From NCBI RefSeq assembly GCF_000027125.1, contig NC_017626.1: DNA of 64,000 bases. One strand, written 5' to 3'. Both the position numbers and the translations under genes were made by a program. This document shows, one piece after another, positions 23,785-34,323 of the stretch (the stretch's first letter is position 1; each line of letters begins with the position of its first letter). The stretch is from Escherichia coli 042 (GTDB lineage: Bacteria; Pseudomonadota; Gammaproteobacteria; Enterobacterales; Enterobacteriaceae). Below the pieces are notes generated by a model. The model ran no database searches. It saw nothing but the letters and a program-made list of their open reading frames with translations, and was not told the DNA's origin.

Positions 23785-25920
23785 TTACTTCAACACATAA
23801 CCGTACAACCGTTTCACGCCATCCGCATCGGTTTCGCTATAAACACCTTGCAGCTCCGGCGAAAATCCCGGCAACAAATTCACCCCTTCTTCCAGTGCAA
23901 GGAAATAACGTTGAACCGCCCCACCCCAGACTTCCCCGGGTACCACGCAAAGCACGCCAGGTGGATAAGGCAACGCCCCTTCTGCCGCAATTCGCCCTTC
24001 GGCATCACGAATCCGCACCAACTCCACGTCACCGCGAATATAAGCGCTATGCGCATCCTGGGGGTTCATCACCACTGACGGGAAACTCTGCTGGCGGAAC
24101 ATCGCTTTTTGTAGGTCTTTGACGTCGAAACTGACATACAGATCGTGCATCTCCTGACACAACTGGCGCAGGGTGTAGTCGCGATAGCGCACCGGATACT
24201 TGTTATAAACGCTCGGCAACACCTCAACCAGCGGCGAGTCATCCTCAATATGCTGTTCAAATTGCGCCAGCATCGCCACCAGTTGTGCCAGCTTCTCGTG
24301 GCTTTCCGCCGGAGTTAATAAAAACAGAATGGAGTTGAGATCGCACTTCTCCGGCACAATGCCGTTCTCACGCAGATAGTGCGCCAGAATCGTCGCCGGA
24401 ACGCCAAAGTCGCTATATTCGCCGGTTTCGGCATCGATACCTGGTGTAGTGAGTAACAGCTTGCACGGATCAACAAAATACTGATCCGCGGCATATCCTT
24501 CAAAGCCGTGCCACTTCGCCCCCGGCTCAAAACTGAAAAAACGGCGGTCGCTGGCTAACACTGATGTCGGATAATCCTGCCACAATTTGCCATCAACAAC
24601 GGGCGGGATAAACGGGCGGAACAGCTTACAGCGCGCAAGAATAGCCTTGCGCGCTTCAATCCCTATCTCAACACACTCAGCCCACAGCCGACGCCCACTC
24701 TCCCCTTCATGAATTTTGGCGTTAACATCCAGTGCAGCAAACAGCGGATAGAAAGGGCTGGTAGAAGCATGGAGCATAAAGGCGTTATTCAACCGCTTAT
24801 GCGGGCAAAAACGCGCCTGTCCGCGGATATGGTTATCTTTTTTATGGATCTGCGACGTCTGTGAGAATCCCGCCTGCTGTTTGTGCACCGACTGAGTCAC
24901 AAAGATCCCCGGATCGTTTTCGTTAAGTTCTAACAGCAGCGGCGAGCTATCCGCCATCATCGGGATAAATTGTTCATAACCGACCCACGCGGAATCAAAC
25001 AGAATGTAATCACACAGATGCCCAACGGTATCGATCACCTGACGGGCGTTATAGACAGTGCCGTCATAGGTTCCCAGCTGAATAATCGCCAGGCGATACG
25101 GGCGCGGCAGGTCGGCTTTTTCTGGCGCAACGTCGCGAATTTGCTGGCGCAGATACTCTTCATTAAAACAGTGCGCATCAATACCGCCAATGAAACCAAA
25201 CGGGTTGCGTGAAGCTTCCAGATAGACCGGCGTCGCCCCCGCCTGAATCAGCGCGCCGTGATGATTCGACTTATGGTTGTTACGGTCGAAGAGCACCAGA
25301 TCGCCACGCGTTAACAGCGCATTCGTCACCACTTTATTCGCTGCCGATGTGCCGTTCAGCACAAAATAGGTTTTATCGGCATGAAAGACTTTGGCTGCGA
25401 ATTTCTGCGCATCTTTCGCCGATCCTTCATGAATAAGCAGATCGCCCAATTTTACGTCAGCGTTACACATATCGGTGCGAAAGACGTTCTCACCAAAGAA
25501 ATCGTAAAAATGGCGTCCGGCAGGATGCTTTTTAAAAAACGCACCATGTTGATGTCCAGGGCAAGCAAAGGTGCTGTTGCCCATCTCAACGTACTGCGTC
25601 AGCGTGTCATAAAACGGTGGCAGCAAATTCTCTTCATACTGACAGGCTGCGGATTCCAGCTCCAGCCACTGCTGCTCGTTGCCGTTGATTACCGCCGTAA
25701 CGCCCGCAGGTAATTCAACAGCATGTTCGGAATACAAAAACACCGGTAGATGAAAACCGGTGCGCTTAAGCAACGCAAGAATGCCACTGCGACTATCCGC
25801 AGCGGTAATGACGACTGCCGCGACGTCCGTAAAATCAGTATCTCCCAACGCCACCACGCGACGATGAGAAGAAAGTCGGGATACCAGTTCACTACTGGCG
25901 GCAATATTCATTGATTTCAT
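23785..25920 (-). CDS. speC: ornithine decarboxylase, constitutive
   Basis: Track ORF 23785..25980; conserved start MKSMNIAASSELVSRLSSHRRVVALGDTDF at 25920; 711 aa. Confidence 0.95.
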   Translation of the reverse strand: MKSMNIAASSELVSRLSSHRRVVALGDTDFTDVAAVVITAADSRSGILALLKRTGFHLPVFLYSEHAVELPAGVTAVINGNEQQWLELESAACQYEENLLPPFYDTLTQYVEMGNSTFACPGHQHGAFFKKHPAGRHFYDFFGENVFRTDMCNADVKLGDLLIHEGSAKDAQKFAAKVFHADKTYFVLNGTSAANKVVTNALLTRGDLVLFDRNNHKSNHHGALIQAGATPVYLEASRNPFGFIGGIDAHCFNEEYLRQQIRDVAPEKADLPRPYRLAIIQLGTYDGTVYNARQVIDTVGHLCDYILFDSAWVGYEQFIPMMADSSPLLLELNENDPGIFVTQSVHKQQAGFSQTSQIHKKDNHIRGQARFCPHKRLNNAFMLHASTSPFYPLFAALDVNAKIHEGESGRRLWAECVEIGIEARKAILARCKLFRPFIPPVVDGKLWQDYPTSVLASDRRFFSFEPGAKWHGFEGYAADQYFVDPCKLLLTTPGIDAETGEYSDFGVPATILAHYLRENGIVPEKCDLNSILFLLTPAESHEKLAQLVAMLAQFEQHIEDDSPLVEVLPSVYNKYPVRYRDYTLRQLCQEMHDLYVSFDVKDLQKAMFRQQSFPSVVMNPQDAHSAYIRGDVELVRIRDAEGRIAAEGALPYPPGVLCVVPGEVWGGAVQRYFLALEEGVNLLPGFSPELQGVYSETDADGVKRLYGYVLK

Positions 25921-26290
25921 AAGCGCAAACCCGTTTCGGGGAAGTAAGAATACCGGACAAGGTGAAAAACCCTGCCCCACGAGATATGGGTCAAACTGGT
26001 CACCAGCTCCGACCGCCAGACATCAGTAAAAGCAGAAACGCTCTGATTTTACTGTTGTCCTGCAGTGAGCGTGCGTTAACTTCACCGCATGAGCAGAAAA
26101 GGGGAGGAGTTTCGCGCGAAACGGCGATAAGCGAGAGAATGTAAGGAGGTGGCGTGCATCGGGCAAACTCCGTACAGAGAGGAGAAAATTCGCGCAATCA
26201 TGGCACCTTTCACCAGAGCGTGCAAGCCAGGACTTTGCGAACAAACAAGCCATCGAAGGTGCCAAACGGTCATAATAAGAAAATCAGACA

Positions 26291-27019
26291 ATGCAGCTAA
26301 CAGGAACTCTTGTGGTCATCGGTCCTTTTATCAACGCAAGTGCAGTATTACTGGGTGGCGTTCTCGGTGCACTCCTTAGCCAACGCTTACCGGAACGTAT
26401 CCGCGTCTCCATGACATCAATTTTTGGTCTGGCATCGCTGGGGATTGGTATTTTACTGGTGGTGAAATGCGCCAACCTTCCGGCGATGGTTTTAGCAACC
26501 TTACTCGGTGCATTAATCGGCGAAATTTGTCTGCTGGAAAAAGGCGTCAATACCGCGGTCACCAAAGCACAAAATCTGTTTCGCCACTCACGTAAGAAGC
26601 CAGCGCATGAATCTTTTATTCAGAATTATGTCGCGATTATTGTCCTGTTTTGCGCCAGCGGCACCGGGATCTTCGGGGCGATGAACGAAGGGATGACCGG
26701 CGATCCGAGTATTTTAATCGCCAAGTCATTTCTTGATTTCTTTACGGCGATGATCTTCGCCTGCTCGCTGGGTATTGCGGTGTCGGTAATTAGTATCCCA
26801 TTACTGATCATCCAGCTAACGCTGGCGTGGGCTGCCGCGCTGATATTACCGCTGACCACACCGTCGATGATGGCAGACTTCAGCGCCGTAGGCGGTTTAT
26901 TGCTGCTGGCAACCGGATTACGCATCTGTGGCATTAAAATGTTCCCGGTGGTCAACATGCTTCCAGCACTCCTTCTGGCAATGCCGCTTTCCGCCGCCTG
27001 GACCGCCTGGTTTGCCTGA
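26291..27019 (+). CDS. yqgA: DUF554 inner membrane protein
   Basis: 242-aa multi-TM ORF directly upstream of pheV as in K-12; true start may be internal. Confidence 0.8.
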   Translation: MQLTGTLVVIGPFINASAVLLGGVLGALLSQRLPERIRVSMTSIFGLASLGIGILLVVKCANLPAMVLATLLGALIGEICLLEKGVNTAVTKAQNLFRHSRKKPAHESFIQNYVAIIVLFCASGTGIFGAMNEGMTGDPSILIAKSFLDFFTAMIFACSLGIAVSVISIPLLIIQLTLAWAAALILPLTTPSMMADFSAVGGLLLLATGLRICGIKMFPVVNMLPALLLAMPLSAAWTAWFA

Positions 27020-27124
27020 CAATGCGTGCAATATCGGCAAAGTGATGATAGATTGTGCAGTCTGCAGTAAATTGAAGAAATTTGATTGACGAGACGAGGC
27101 GAATCAGGTTTAATGCGCCCCGTT

Positions 27125-27200
27125 GCCCGGATAGCTCAGTCGGTAGAGCAGGGGATTGAAAATCCCCGTGTCCTTGGTTCGATTCCGAGTCCGGGCACCA
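27125..27200 (+). tRNA. pheV: tRNA-Phe (anticodon GAA)
   Basis: GCCCGGATAGCTCAGTCGGTAGAGCAGGGGATTGAAAATCCCCGTGTCCTTGGTTCGATTCCGAGTCCGGGCACCA; 76 nt, CCA end, GAA anticodon in loop. Confidence 0.95.
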
Positions 27201-27209
27201 AATTCATAT

Positions 27210-27238
27210 AAACGGACCTCCACGGAGGTCCGTTTTTC
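27210..27238 (+). terminator. hairpin terminator after pheV
   Basis: aaacggacctcc-acg-gaggtccgttttt. Confidence 0.5.
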
Positions 27239-27397
27239 GTTTCAGGACACCACAATTTAAGCGTTCTGCCTAAAAATCATTTCTACCGAACTCAACCAGA
27301 TTCCCCCCACATCAACCTCATTGTGTGGGTATAATTGCGGGTATACCCCAGTTCGACAGAATTTGTACCCTCTTTAACGCATTCAGAAGGCTGAACT

Positions 27398-28663
27398 ATG
27401 GCACTGACTGACGCAAAAATCCGGGCAGCAAAGCCTACTGACAAGGCTTATAAACTCACTGACGGGGCTGGCATGTTCCTGCTGGTACATCCTAATGGTT
27501 CCCGTTACTGGCGTCTCCGTTATCGTATTCTGGGTAAGGAGAAGACTCTGGCACTTGGTGTGTATCCAGAAGTTTCTCTCTCCGAAGCTCGTACAAAACG
27601 GGATGAGGCCCGAAAACTGATTTCAGAGGGGATTGACCCTTGCGAACAGAAAAGAGTTAAAAAAGTAGTCCCTGATTTACAGCTCTCTTTTGAACATATT
27701 GCACGACGCTGGCATGCCAGTAATAAACAATGGGCACAATCACACAGCGATAAAGTACTCAAAAGCCTCGAGACACACGTTTTCCCCTTTATCGGCAACC
27801 GGGATATCACAACACTCAATACCCCGGACCTGCTTATCCCTGTTCGTGCTGCAGAAGCAAAACAAATTTATGAAATCGCCAGTCGTCTGCAGCAAAGAAT
27901 ATCTGCTGTAATGCGTTACGCCGTACAGTCTGGCATCATCAGATATAACCCGGCTCTGGATATGGCTGGTGCATTGACCACGGTAAAACGCCAGCATCGC
28001 CCCGCTCTGAATCTTTCACGCCTGCCTGAACTTCTGTCGCGTATTGACGGTTATAAAGGCCAGCCTGTCACCCGGCTTGCCGTTATGCTGAATTTACTGG
28101 TTTTTATTCGTTCCAGTGAACTCAGATATGCCCGCTGGTCTGAAATTGATATTGACAATGCCATGTGGACTATTCCAGCCGAACGCGAACCTCTGCCTGG
28201 CGTAAAATTCTCACACCGGGGCTCCAAGATGCGGACACCACATCTTGTGCCACTCAGTAAACAGGCTGTAGCCATACTGACAGAACTTCAGACATGGGCA
28301 GGTGAAAATGGTCTGATATTTACGGGTGCACATGACCCGCGTAAACCAATCAGTGAAAATACTGTAAATAAAGCCCTGAGGGTGATGGGGTATGACACAA
28401 CCCGGGATGTCTGTGGTCATGGGTTCCGGGCGATGGCATGTAGTGCGTTAATAGAATCAGGTTTGTGGTCCCGCGATGCTGTTGAACGTCAGATGAGCCA
28501 TCAGGAACGTAACGGTGTACGTGCTGCTTACATTCATAAAGCAGAACATCTGGAAGAACGCCGCTTGATGCTACAATGGTGGGCCGATTTTCTGGATGCA
28601 AACAGAGAAAGATTTATCAGTCCATTTGAATATGCAAAGATTAATAATCCATTAAAACAGTAA
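27398..28663 (+). CDS. P4-type tyrosine integrase (site-specific recombinase)
   Basis: 421-aa ORF starting 200 bp after tRNA-Phe; N-terminal MALTDAKIRAAKPTDKAYKLTDGAGMFLLVHPNGSRYWRLRYR and C-terminal HGFRAMACSA...RAAYIH catalytic region typical of P4-like integrases. Confidence 0.9.
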   Translation: MALTDAKIRAAKPTDKAYKLTDGAGMFLLVHPNGSRYWRLRYRILGKEKTLALGVYPEVSLSEARTKRDEARKLISEGIDPCEQKRVKKVVPDLQLSFEHIARRWHASNKQWAQSHSDKVLKSLETHVFPFIGNRDITTLNTPDLLIPVRAAEAKQIYEIASRLQQRISAVMRYAVQSGIIRYNPALDMAGALTTVKRQHRPALNLSRLPELLSRIDGYKGQPVTRLAVMLNLLVFIRSSELRYARWSEIDIDNAMWTIPAEREPLPGVKFSHRGSKMRTPHLVPLSKQAVAILTELQTWAGENGLIFTGAHDPRKPISENTVNKALRVMGYDTTRDVCGHGFRAMACSALIESGLWSRDAVERQMSHQERNGVRAAYIHKAEHLEERRLMLQWWADFLDANRERFISPFEYAKINNPLKQ

Positions 28664-28981
28664 TCATCCCGGGCAAATGCCCGGGAACTTACTCCATGAA
28701 TATTTTCTTTGTTAAAAAGACAAAATGGTATTAACTGATGTATTTACTGTTTACCTGATTGTTCCCTGGAGGAGGATTATCAGAATCTGCGGTTATTCAT
28801 TATTTATATTCAATGAAAAAGTAACCTCATAAAAAAACTCACTCACAGAGTGATGCGGGATAACTGACGTAAGGAATACTGCCGGGATTTGGTGGTCCCT
28901 TGTGCTGATATGAATACGGATTCTGTTTTATACAGAATACTTTTCAGTACAAGCAACTGTATTACAGTTTGCCATATATGA

Positions 28982-30481
28982 TTACCTGTGGTCCGGAAGA
29001 ATAAGCGGCTGCGGTTTCAGACTGTCTTCCTGTACATACCTCTCTCCGTTAAAAACCATAATGCGTTCATTATCTTCGTCTGTCAGTGGATTGAATGGCG
29101 GTATATTTTCGGTACGAATACCGGTCAGCCACTGAAAAATACCTGTGAAATGACGGGCACTGATTTTTCTGCTGAGGGACTGATGAGAGGTTATATCACT
29201 GGCGGTAATAATCAGGGGCACGCTGTAGCCTCCCTGCACATGACCATCATGATGAACAGGATTAGCACTGTCGCTGACCGACAGCCCATGGTCAGAAAAG
29301 TAAAGCATGGCGAAATGACGTGAGTGTCGGCGAAGGATACCATCAAGCTGACCAAGAAAGTTATCCAGTTTACTGATGCTGGCAAGATAACAGGCAATTT
29401 TTCGGGAATACTGCTCCAGGTAATTATTCTGCCAGGAGTGAAGCCGATCACACGGGTTCGGATGAGACCCCATCATGTGCAGGAAAATCACCTTCGGAGT
29501 GGATGTATCTGCCAGCGCACGTTCTGTTTCCTGTAACAACAACATGTCATCCGTTTTACGGGAAGCAAAGCTGCCTTTCTTGAGGAAAACAGTATGGTCC
29601 GCATCAGAAGCAATAACAGAGATGCGTGTGTCATGCTCTCCCAGTTTTCCCTGATTGGATATCCACCATGTGCTGTATCCTGCTTTTGCTGCCAGCGCCA
29701 CCACGTTGTTGCCGGAATCAGGGTTCTGCTCATAGTCATAAATCAGTGTCCGGCTCAGGGAAGGCACGGTGCTGGCTGCTGCCGATGTATAACCGTCAAT
29801 AAATAAACCGGGAGCCGTATTCAGCCATGGTGTGGTTGGCTCGGGATAACCATATACCGACATATAATCCCTGCGGACACTCTCACCAGTAACAATAACA
29901 ATCGTGTCATATAATGGTGCTCCCGGCAGGATTTTCCAGCTGTCAGCACCGTGCCGACTCAGTTGTTCATAACGCTGCATTTCACGCAATGTGTCAGTTG
30001 TCCCCACAACTGTTCCTTTAACCATCCGTAACGGCCAGCTGTTTACAGAGCATAATACGAATAACAACAGAGCCATCGCGTTACGTTGACCACGGTGGTG
30101 TGTCCGCCAGAAAATAACCATGAACACCAGAATCGCGGCACTGACCAGAAAATGATAAACAGGAATCATCCCGGTAAACTCCGCAGCCTCATCCGCCGTG
30201 GTCTGCAACAACGCGACAATAAAACTGTTGTTGATTTTTCCGTACGTCATACCGACAGGTGCATACAGTGCACAACAGAACAGAAATAACAGAGCTGTAA
30301 TGGATGTAAGGGTATTTCTGTGTGCAAGAATCAGAAGGAGAAACAGCAGCAACACATTCCCGGTGGCATTCTTCTCAGTGTATCCGCATGCGGCAGTGGT
30401 TATTACACACATGCCCGGGAAGAATAAAAACAATAAAATCCGGGATATATTGTCCGTATAAAACAGCTTTCTGATATTCAT
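28982..30481 (-). CDS. membrane phosphoethanolamine transferase / sulfatase-family protein (EptA/YhbX-like)
   Basis: 499 aa; N-terminal multi-TM region followed by alkaline-phosphatase-superfamily motifs (TGESVRRDY, HMMGSHP, SDHG). Confidence 0.6.
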   Translation of the reverse strand: MNIRKLFYTDNISRILLFLFFPGMCVITTAACGYTEKNATGNVLLLFLLLILAHRNTLTSITALLFLFCCALYAPVGMTYGKINNSFIVALLQTTADEAAEFTGMIPVYHFLVSAAILVFMVIFWRTHHRGQRNAMALLLFVLCSVNSWPLRMVKGTVVGTTDTLREMQRYEQLSRHGADSWKILPGAPLYDTIVIVTGESVRRDYMSVYGYPEPTTPWLNTAPGLFIDGYTSAAASTVPSLSRTLIYDYEQNPDSGNNVVALAAKAGYSTWWISNQGKLGEHDTRISVIASDADHTVFLKKGSFASRKTDDMLLLQETERALADTSTPKVIFLHMMGSHPNPCDRLHSWQNNYLEQYSRKIACYLASISKLDNFLGQLDGILRRHSRHFAMLYFSDHGLSVSDSANPVHHDGHVQGGYSVPLIITASDITSHQSLSRKISARHFTGIFQWLTGIRTENIPPFNPLTDEDNERIMVFNGERYVQEDSLKPQPLILPDHR

Positions 30482-30632
30482 CGGAGTATATCGACAACAT
30501 TATTGTGAAGAGAATAAAAATCAGAAGTCTCCTGTGAAACAGATAACAGACAACCCTGCAGTATAATTACTGCAGGGAGTCTTCGTTTAATTACAGAAGA
30601 TGGGTAATTATTATCTTTCAGGAGCAGTTTTG

Positions 30633-31373
30633 TCAGAAGTTATAAGTCACACCAAGCATGATGTCATGACTTTTAACATCAACTTCTGATTTATATTTAT
30701 CGCCCCACTCGTCCTTGTAACTCACACTGCTGTCACCTGCATCAAGATAGCGATAGCTGAGGTCCAGAGCGATATCCGGGGTTACGTCATAGCGGACACC
30801 CGCGCCAAAGCTCCATGCGAAGTTGTCAGCAGAGCCTGAACGTGACAACGATTCGCGACCACTGCTTCCGTACCCATAATCCCAGGTACTGATACCGGTT
30901 GTTTTCTGGTGAATTCTGGCGTAGCCAATCCCTGCAGATACCCATGGTGTGAATGCACTGTCATTCCGGAAGTCATAGTACGCATTCAGCATCAGTGTGT
31001 TGACTGACACCTCATTCTTCAGGTCATCACGCCAGTAACCGCCTGACCAGCTGTCTTTATCTACGTTATACTTCGAATCAGCTTTTCCACGAGCGTAAAA
31101 CTCCAGTTCCGTACGAACCGGAATACTGAACTGCGGGTAAAAATCATAACCGGCCGCGATACCGCCACTGAATACCGTATCATGGCCATCACCGCCTTTA
31201 TATTTTGATGTTTCCTCTCCATCACCCGACAGGAAACGCTGGTCTGCAAGTGACATAACAGAAGCACCTGCTTTACCGGTCACATAAAAGCCTGTTTTGC
31301 TCTCATCAGCCAGAGCCTGGGTCGAAAACATGCCTGCCATGGCAAGCGCTGAAACCGCAATAACCTTATTCAT
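30633..31373 (-). CDS. outer-membrane beta-barrel protein (possibly opacity/Tia-Hek-like adhesin family)
   Basis: Signal peptide MNKVIAVSALAMAGMFSTQALA, alternating aromatic/hydrophilic strands, C-terminal ...LGVTYNF beta-barrel signature; subfamily uncertain. Confidence 0.55.
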   Translation of the reverse strand: MNKVIAVSALAMAGMFSTQALADESKTGFYVTGKAGASVMSLADQRFLSGDGEETSKYKGGDGHDTVFSGGIAAGYDFYPQFSIPVRTELEFYARGKADSKYNVDKDSWSGGYWRDDLKNEVSVNTLMLNAYYDFRNDSAFTPWVSAGIGYARIHQKTTGISTWDYGYGSSGRESLSRSGSADNFAWSFGAGVRYDVTPDIALDLSYRYLDAGDSSVSYKDEWGDKYKSEVDVKSHDIMLGVTYNF

Positions 31374-31597
31374 TTCAATCATCTCCGCTATCACTTTCCC
31401 CGAACGATAAATGGGGTTGCTCATTCTAAAACCATGCAAAAGATAGGGTAAAAGGAATGTTTTCGATCGAATCGATCGATAAAATCGATCGTACCCGATA
31501 AAGTTTTCTTATCGTACCCATAAAAATGGTAAGGGCTGGTTTAAGAGGTAATCGCAGCGGCATGGAAGTATTAAGACCAAAACAGCACGAGATAAAG

Positions 31598-31781
31598 CGG
31601 CTGAACGTCAGATGAGCCACATGGAACGTAATTCATTAAGGGCGGCTTATATCCATAAAACAGAACACCTGGAATAGCGTCGGTTGATGCTACAGTGGTG
31701 GGGGGATTTTCTGGATACAAACTCGAAAGAAAATACCAGCCCCTTTGAGTATACGAAGATTAACAATCCATTAAAATATTA
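31598..31781 (+). pseudogene. integrase 3' end remnant (duplicated C-terminal fragment of P4-type integrase)
   Basis: Nucleotide stretch ctgaacgtcagatgagcca...ttgatgctacagtggtgg...attttctggata...aatccattaaaa is clearly homologous to 28481..28663 (end of the intact integrase) but carries an in-frame TAG; followed by a similar ccgggca-loop-tgcccgg hairpin. Confidence 0.7.
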
Positions 31782-32010
31782 AGCACTCCGGGCAATCTGC
31801 CCGGAGTGCTTTAGCTGGCATAACGGGCTACTGATCTCCTCTGGTTACAGATAACGACTTCAGCCCTCTGAAAGAGAAAAGCGGAAGCTCAGGAAGGTTG
31901 TGATTTGCTTTTAACCTTTTTAATTTAGAAGTATTATTTTGAGATTAATCCACTTCCCATCGTCATCCTTTTTGGTGTGCGTGAAAAGCTATTTTTAAGG
32001 TTACTGCCTC

Positions 32011-34320
32011 ATGGAGTTATGGATATTTATAGTAGCTATTTATTTGATTTATATTCTTTTTTTCAAAAAGAAGAAAACTAAGTCCGCGGGCTCTTATACT
32101 TCCGCTCCTGTGAAAGCACCACCTAAAGAATGGCTTGCTAACAACAAAAAAAATCAGTCTGTAATGCAAAACGAGGACAGCGAAGATGACAATCTGGCTA
32201 CGTTTACACTAAGTGGCGGGCGGAATGTCGAATACAGCATAACAGCCACTCAACGCCAGAATTTCTCAAAAACTACCGGTGCTTTGGCTCGTTGGATTTT
32301 TCCGGGAGAGATGATCACAGTCAGTGGGATAGAGGTTACCGGCGGTCACTTCTATCTTGGGCAGCGTATGAAACCTGCCGGGCATAACTCAGGCGGTTAT
32401 TATGATGGCAATAACGAGGCATCGCTAGTTGACGACACGCTTAAAATATACCCCACACCTTACATTTACGAAGATAGTTCATTAGGGTATTGGCCCAGTT
32501 TTTCCTCACTTTCACCTGAAGCTCGTGGTGCGTACCTGAGTTGGCTTGCCAGCGACAGATGCGACACTTCCTGCCCAATTGGTTACGTTTTCATTTATCT
32601 GTATGGTCTGGAAAGAAGGGCGCTTGTTGACAGCAGGGACAACAATATATCCGACGATGAGTTCTATTCTCTTTTCAAAGAGATCTGCCGTCTCAGATCG
32701 GTTTTCAATGAAAACCGATCTTTCCGGAATTACTCATCCCAGTTACTTGAAGCGATGTCCATTCTTCGTCCGAACGAAAATCTTGCAGCAGCTCTCAACG
32801 ATGATTCGGAGTTCAGCAATAGCATGCAGTTCAGGTTAATCCTGGCAAAGACTGTTGATACAGGAGCCCCGGTTCCAGCGGATCTGGCTCTGACGTGGGT
32901 GACAAACCATGCTGAATACTCATTACGAACCCCCGCCCGCCGCTGTGCGAAAGAATTTGCTGCACTATTTAAACGGCGTTACACCCTTAAATACGGTGAA
33001 GGGATGGTAGTGAAGCCGAATAAAGCGCGTCTGCGTTTAGATTACACGCCTGCAAGTCCCAGTTTGCGAGGTATTCGGCTTCCTGTTCCCGACTTGCCTG
33101 ATCCAGGTGCATTGAAAGGCCCTGTTCAGAAGCTTATGGCCATTGCCGATATATGCACAGGTGAACTGGATGCTTACAGTCGTTACCTTGGTAGAAAAGG
33201 TACTTCAGCAAATGATACCGCTGCAATTTTGTTGCTGCCTTCAGAAATCGTTAACGAAAGCGCAGAAAAAATATTAAGTACATTCAAACACTGGGCTGAT
33301 GACGCAATCCGCAGTAAGGGTGGGATAGTTTCAGTTGCTGACTACTGGTCACATATGAATGCCACCTGTCCGGCGAAGATCAATAAAAAAGAGGCCGACT
33401 TAATGCAAGCCTTTGCACAGAAAATGGGATACTGTCTGGCTCCTGACCCCTATCACCACCACGTAAAGGCAGATGTCGATGGTGTACTTGTTTTATTCCC
33501 TGCTGGTGAAAGAGGACGTTTCTCACCTTCTCCTGAATTTATCACAGCTGTATTGACGCTCCGATTAGGTTCGGTAGTCGCCTTGATTGACAATTCTCTC
33601 GATCAAGCCGAACAGAAAGTGCTTGAGAATGCCATCAACAACAATGCCAGCTTCAGCGATGATGAAAAGCGCTCTCTGCACGCATATTTAACGTGGCAGC
33701 TTCATACTCCGGCGAATATGACGGGAATGAAAAGCCGGATTGAATTACTCGGTGCAGCGGAAAAATCAGCTGTGGGTAAGGTTATCGTTAGTGTCGCTTG
33801 CTCTGACGGCAGAATTACGCCTGCCGAAATCAAACAGCTTGAGAAGATTTATACAAGCCTGGGACTGGATCCCTCATCCGTATCAAGCAATATCCATCAG
33901 CATTCCGCAACTGAAACTGCTCTCGTTTCATCTGTACCAGCTAATCAGTCGACGGCAGGGTTTACGCTGGATGCCAACGTACTTGCCCGCCACGAATCTG
34001 CCACTGATGATGTTCGTAAATTACTGAACTCAATTTTCACTGAAGAAGAACCAGAACAACCAGAAAGCGCTCCAGCCTCATTAACCGGGGAAGGGGGACT
34101 TGACTCCGCTCATAGCCAACTTTATCGCAGGTTGCTGGAGAAAGAACAATGGTCCAGAAAAGAGGCGACAGAGTTGTGTAGTAACTGGAACCTGATGCTC
34201 GGCGGTGCGCTTGAGGTGATTAACGATTGGTCCTATGCGGTGGTTGATGCACCAGTGCTGGAAGATGCTGATGATCACATTTGGATTGACCTGGAAATAG
34301 CCAAAGAATTAGAGGGTTAG
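32011..34320 (+). CDS. TerB-domain membrane-anchored protein (Shango SngA-like)
   Basis: 769 aa; N-terminal TM helix (MELWIFIVAIYLIYILFF), region with GYVFIYLYGLERR and a later ...VSVACSDGRITPAEIKQLEKIYTSLGLD block that I recognise as TerB-N / TerB-like; first gene of a tightly packed three-gene operon. Confidence 0.6.
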   Translation: MELWIFIVAIYLIYILFFKKKKTKSAGSYTSAPVKAPPKEWLANNKKNQSVMQNEDSEDDNLATFTLSGGRNVEYSITATQRQNFSKTTGALARWIFPGEMITVSGIEVTGGHFYLGQRMKPAGHNSGGYYDGNNEASLVDDTLKIYPTPYIYEDSSLGYWPSFSSLSPEARGAYLSWLASDRCDTSCPIGYVFIYLYGLERRALVDSRDNNISDDEFYSLFKEICRLRSVFNENRSFRNYSSQLLEAMSILRPNENLAAALNDDSEFSNSMQFRLILAKTVDTGAPVPADLALTWVTNHAEYSLRTPARRCAKEFAALFKRRYTLKYGEGMVVKPNKARLRLDYTPASPSLRGIRLPVPDLPDPGALKGPVQKLMAIADICTGELDAYSRYLGRKGTSANDTAAILLLPSEIVNESAEKILSTFKHWADDAIRSKGGIVSVADYWSHMNATCPAKINKKEADLMQAFAQKMGYCLAPDPYHHHVKADVDGVLVLFPAGERGRFSPSPEFITAVLTLRLGSVVALIDNSLDQAEQKVLENAINNNASFSDDEKRSLHAYLTWQLHTPANMTGMKSRIELLGAAEKSAVGKVIVSVACSDGRITPAEIKQLEKIYTSLGLDPSSVSSNIHQHSATETALVSSVPANQSTAGFTLDANVLARHESATDDVRKLLNSIFTEEEPEQPESAPASLTGEGGLDSAHSQLYRRLLEKEQWSRKEATELCSNWNLMLGGALEVINDWSYAVVDAPVLEDADDHIWIDLEIAKELEG

Positions 34321-34323
34321 TGA

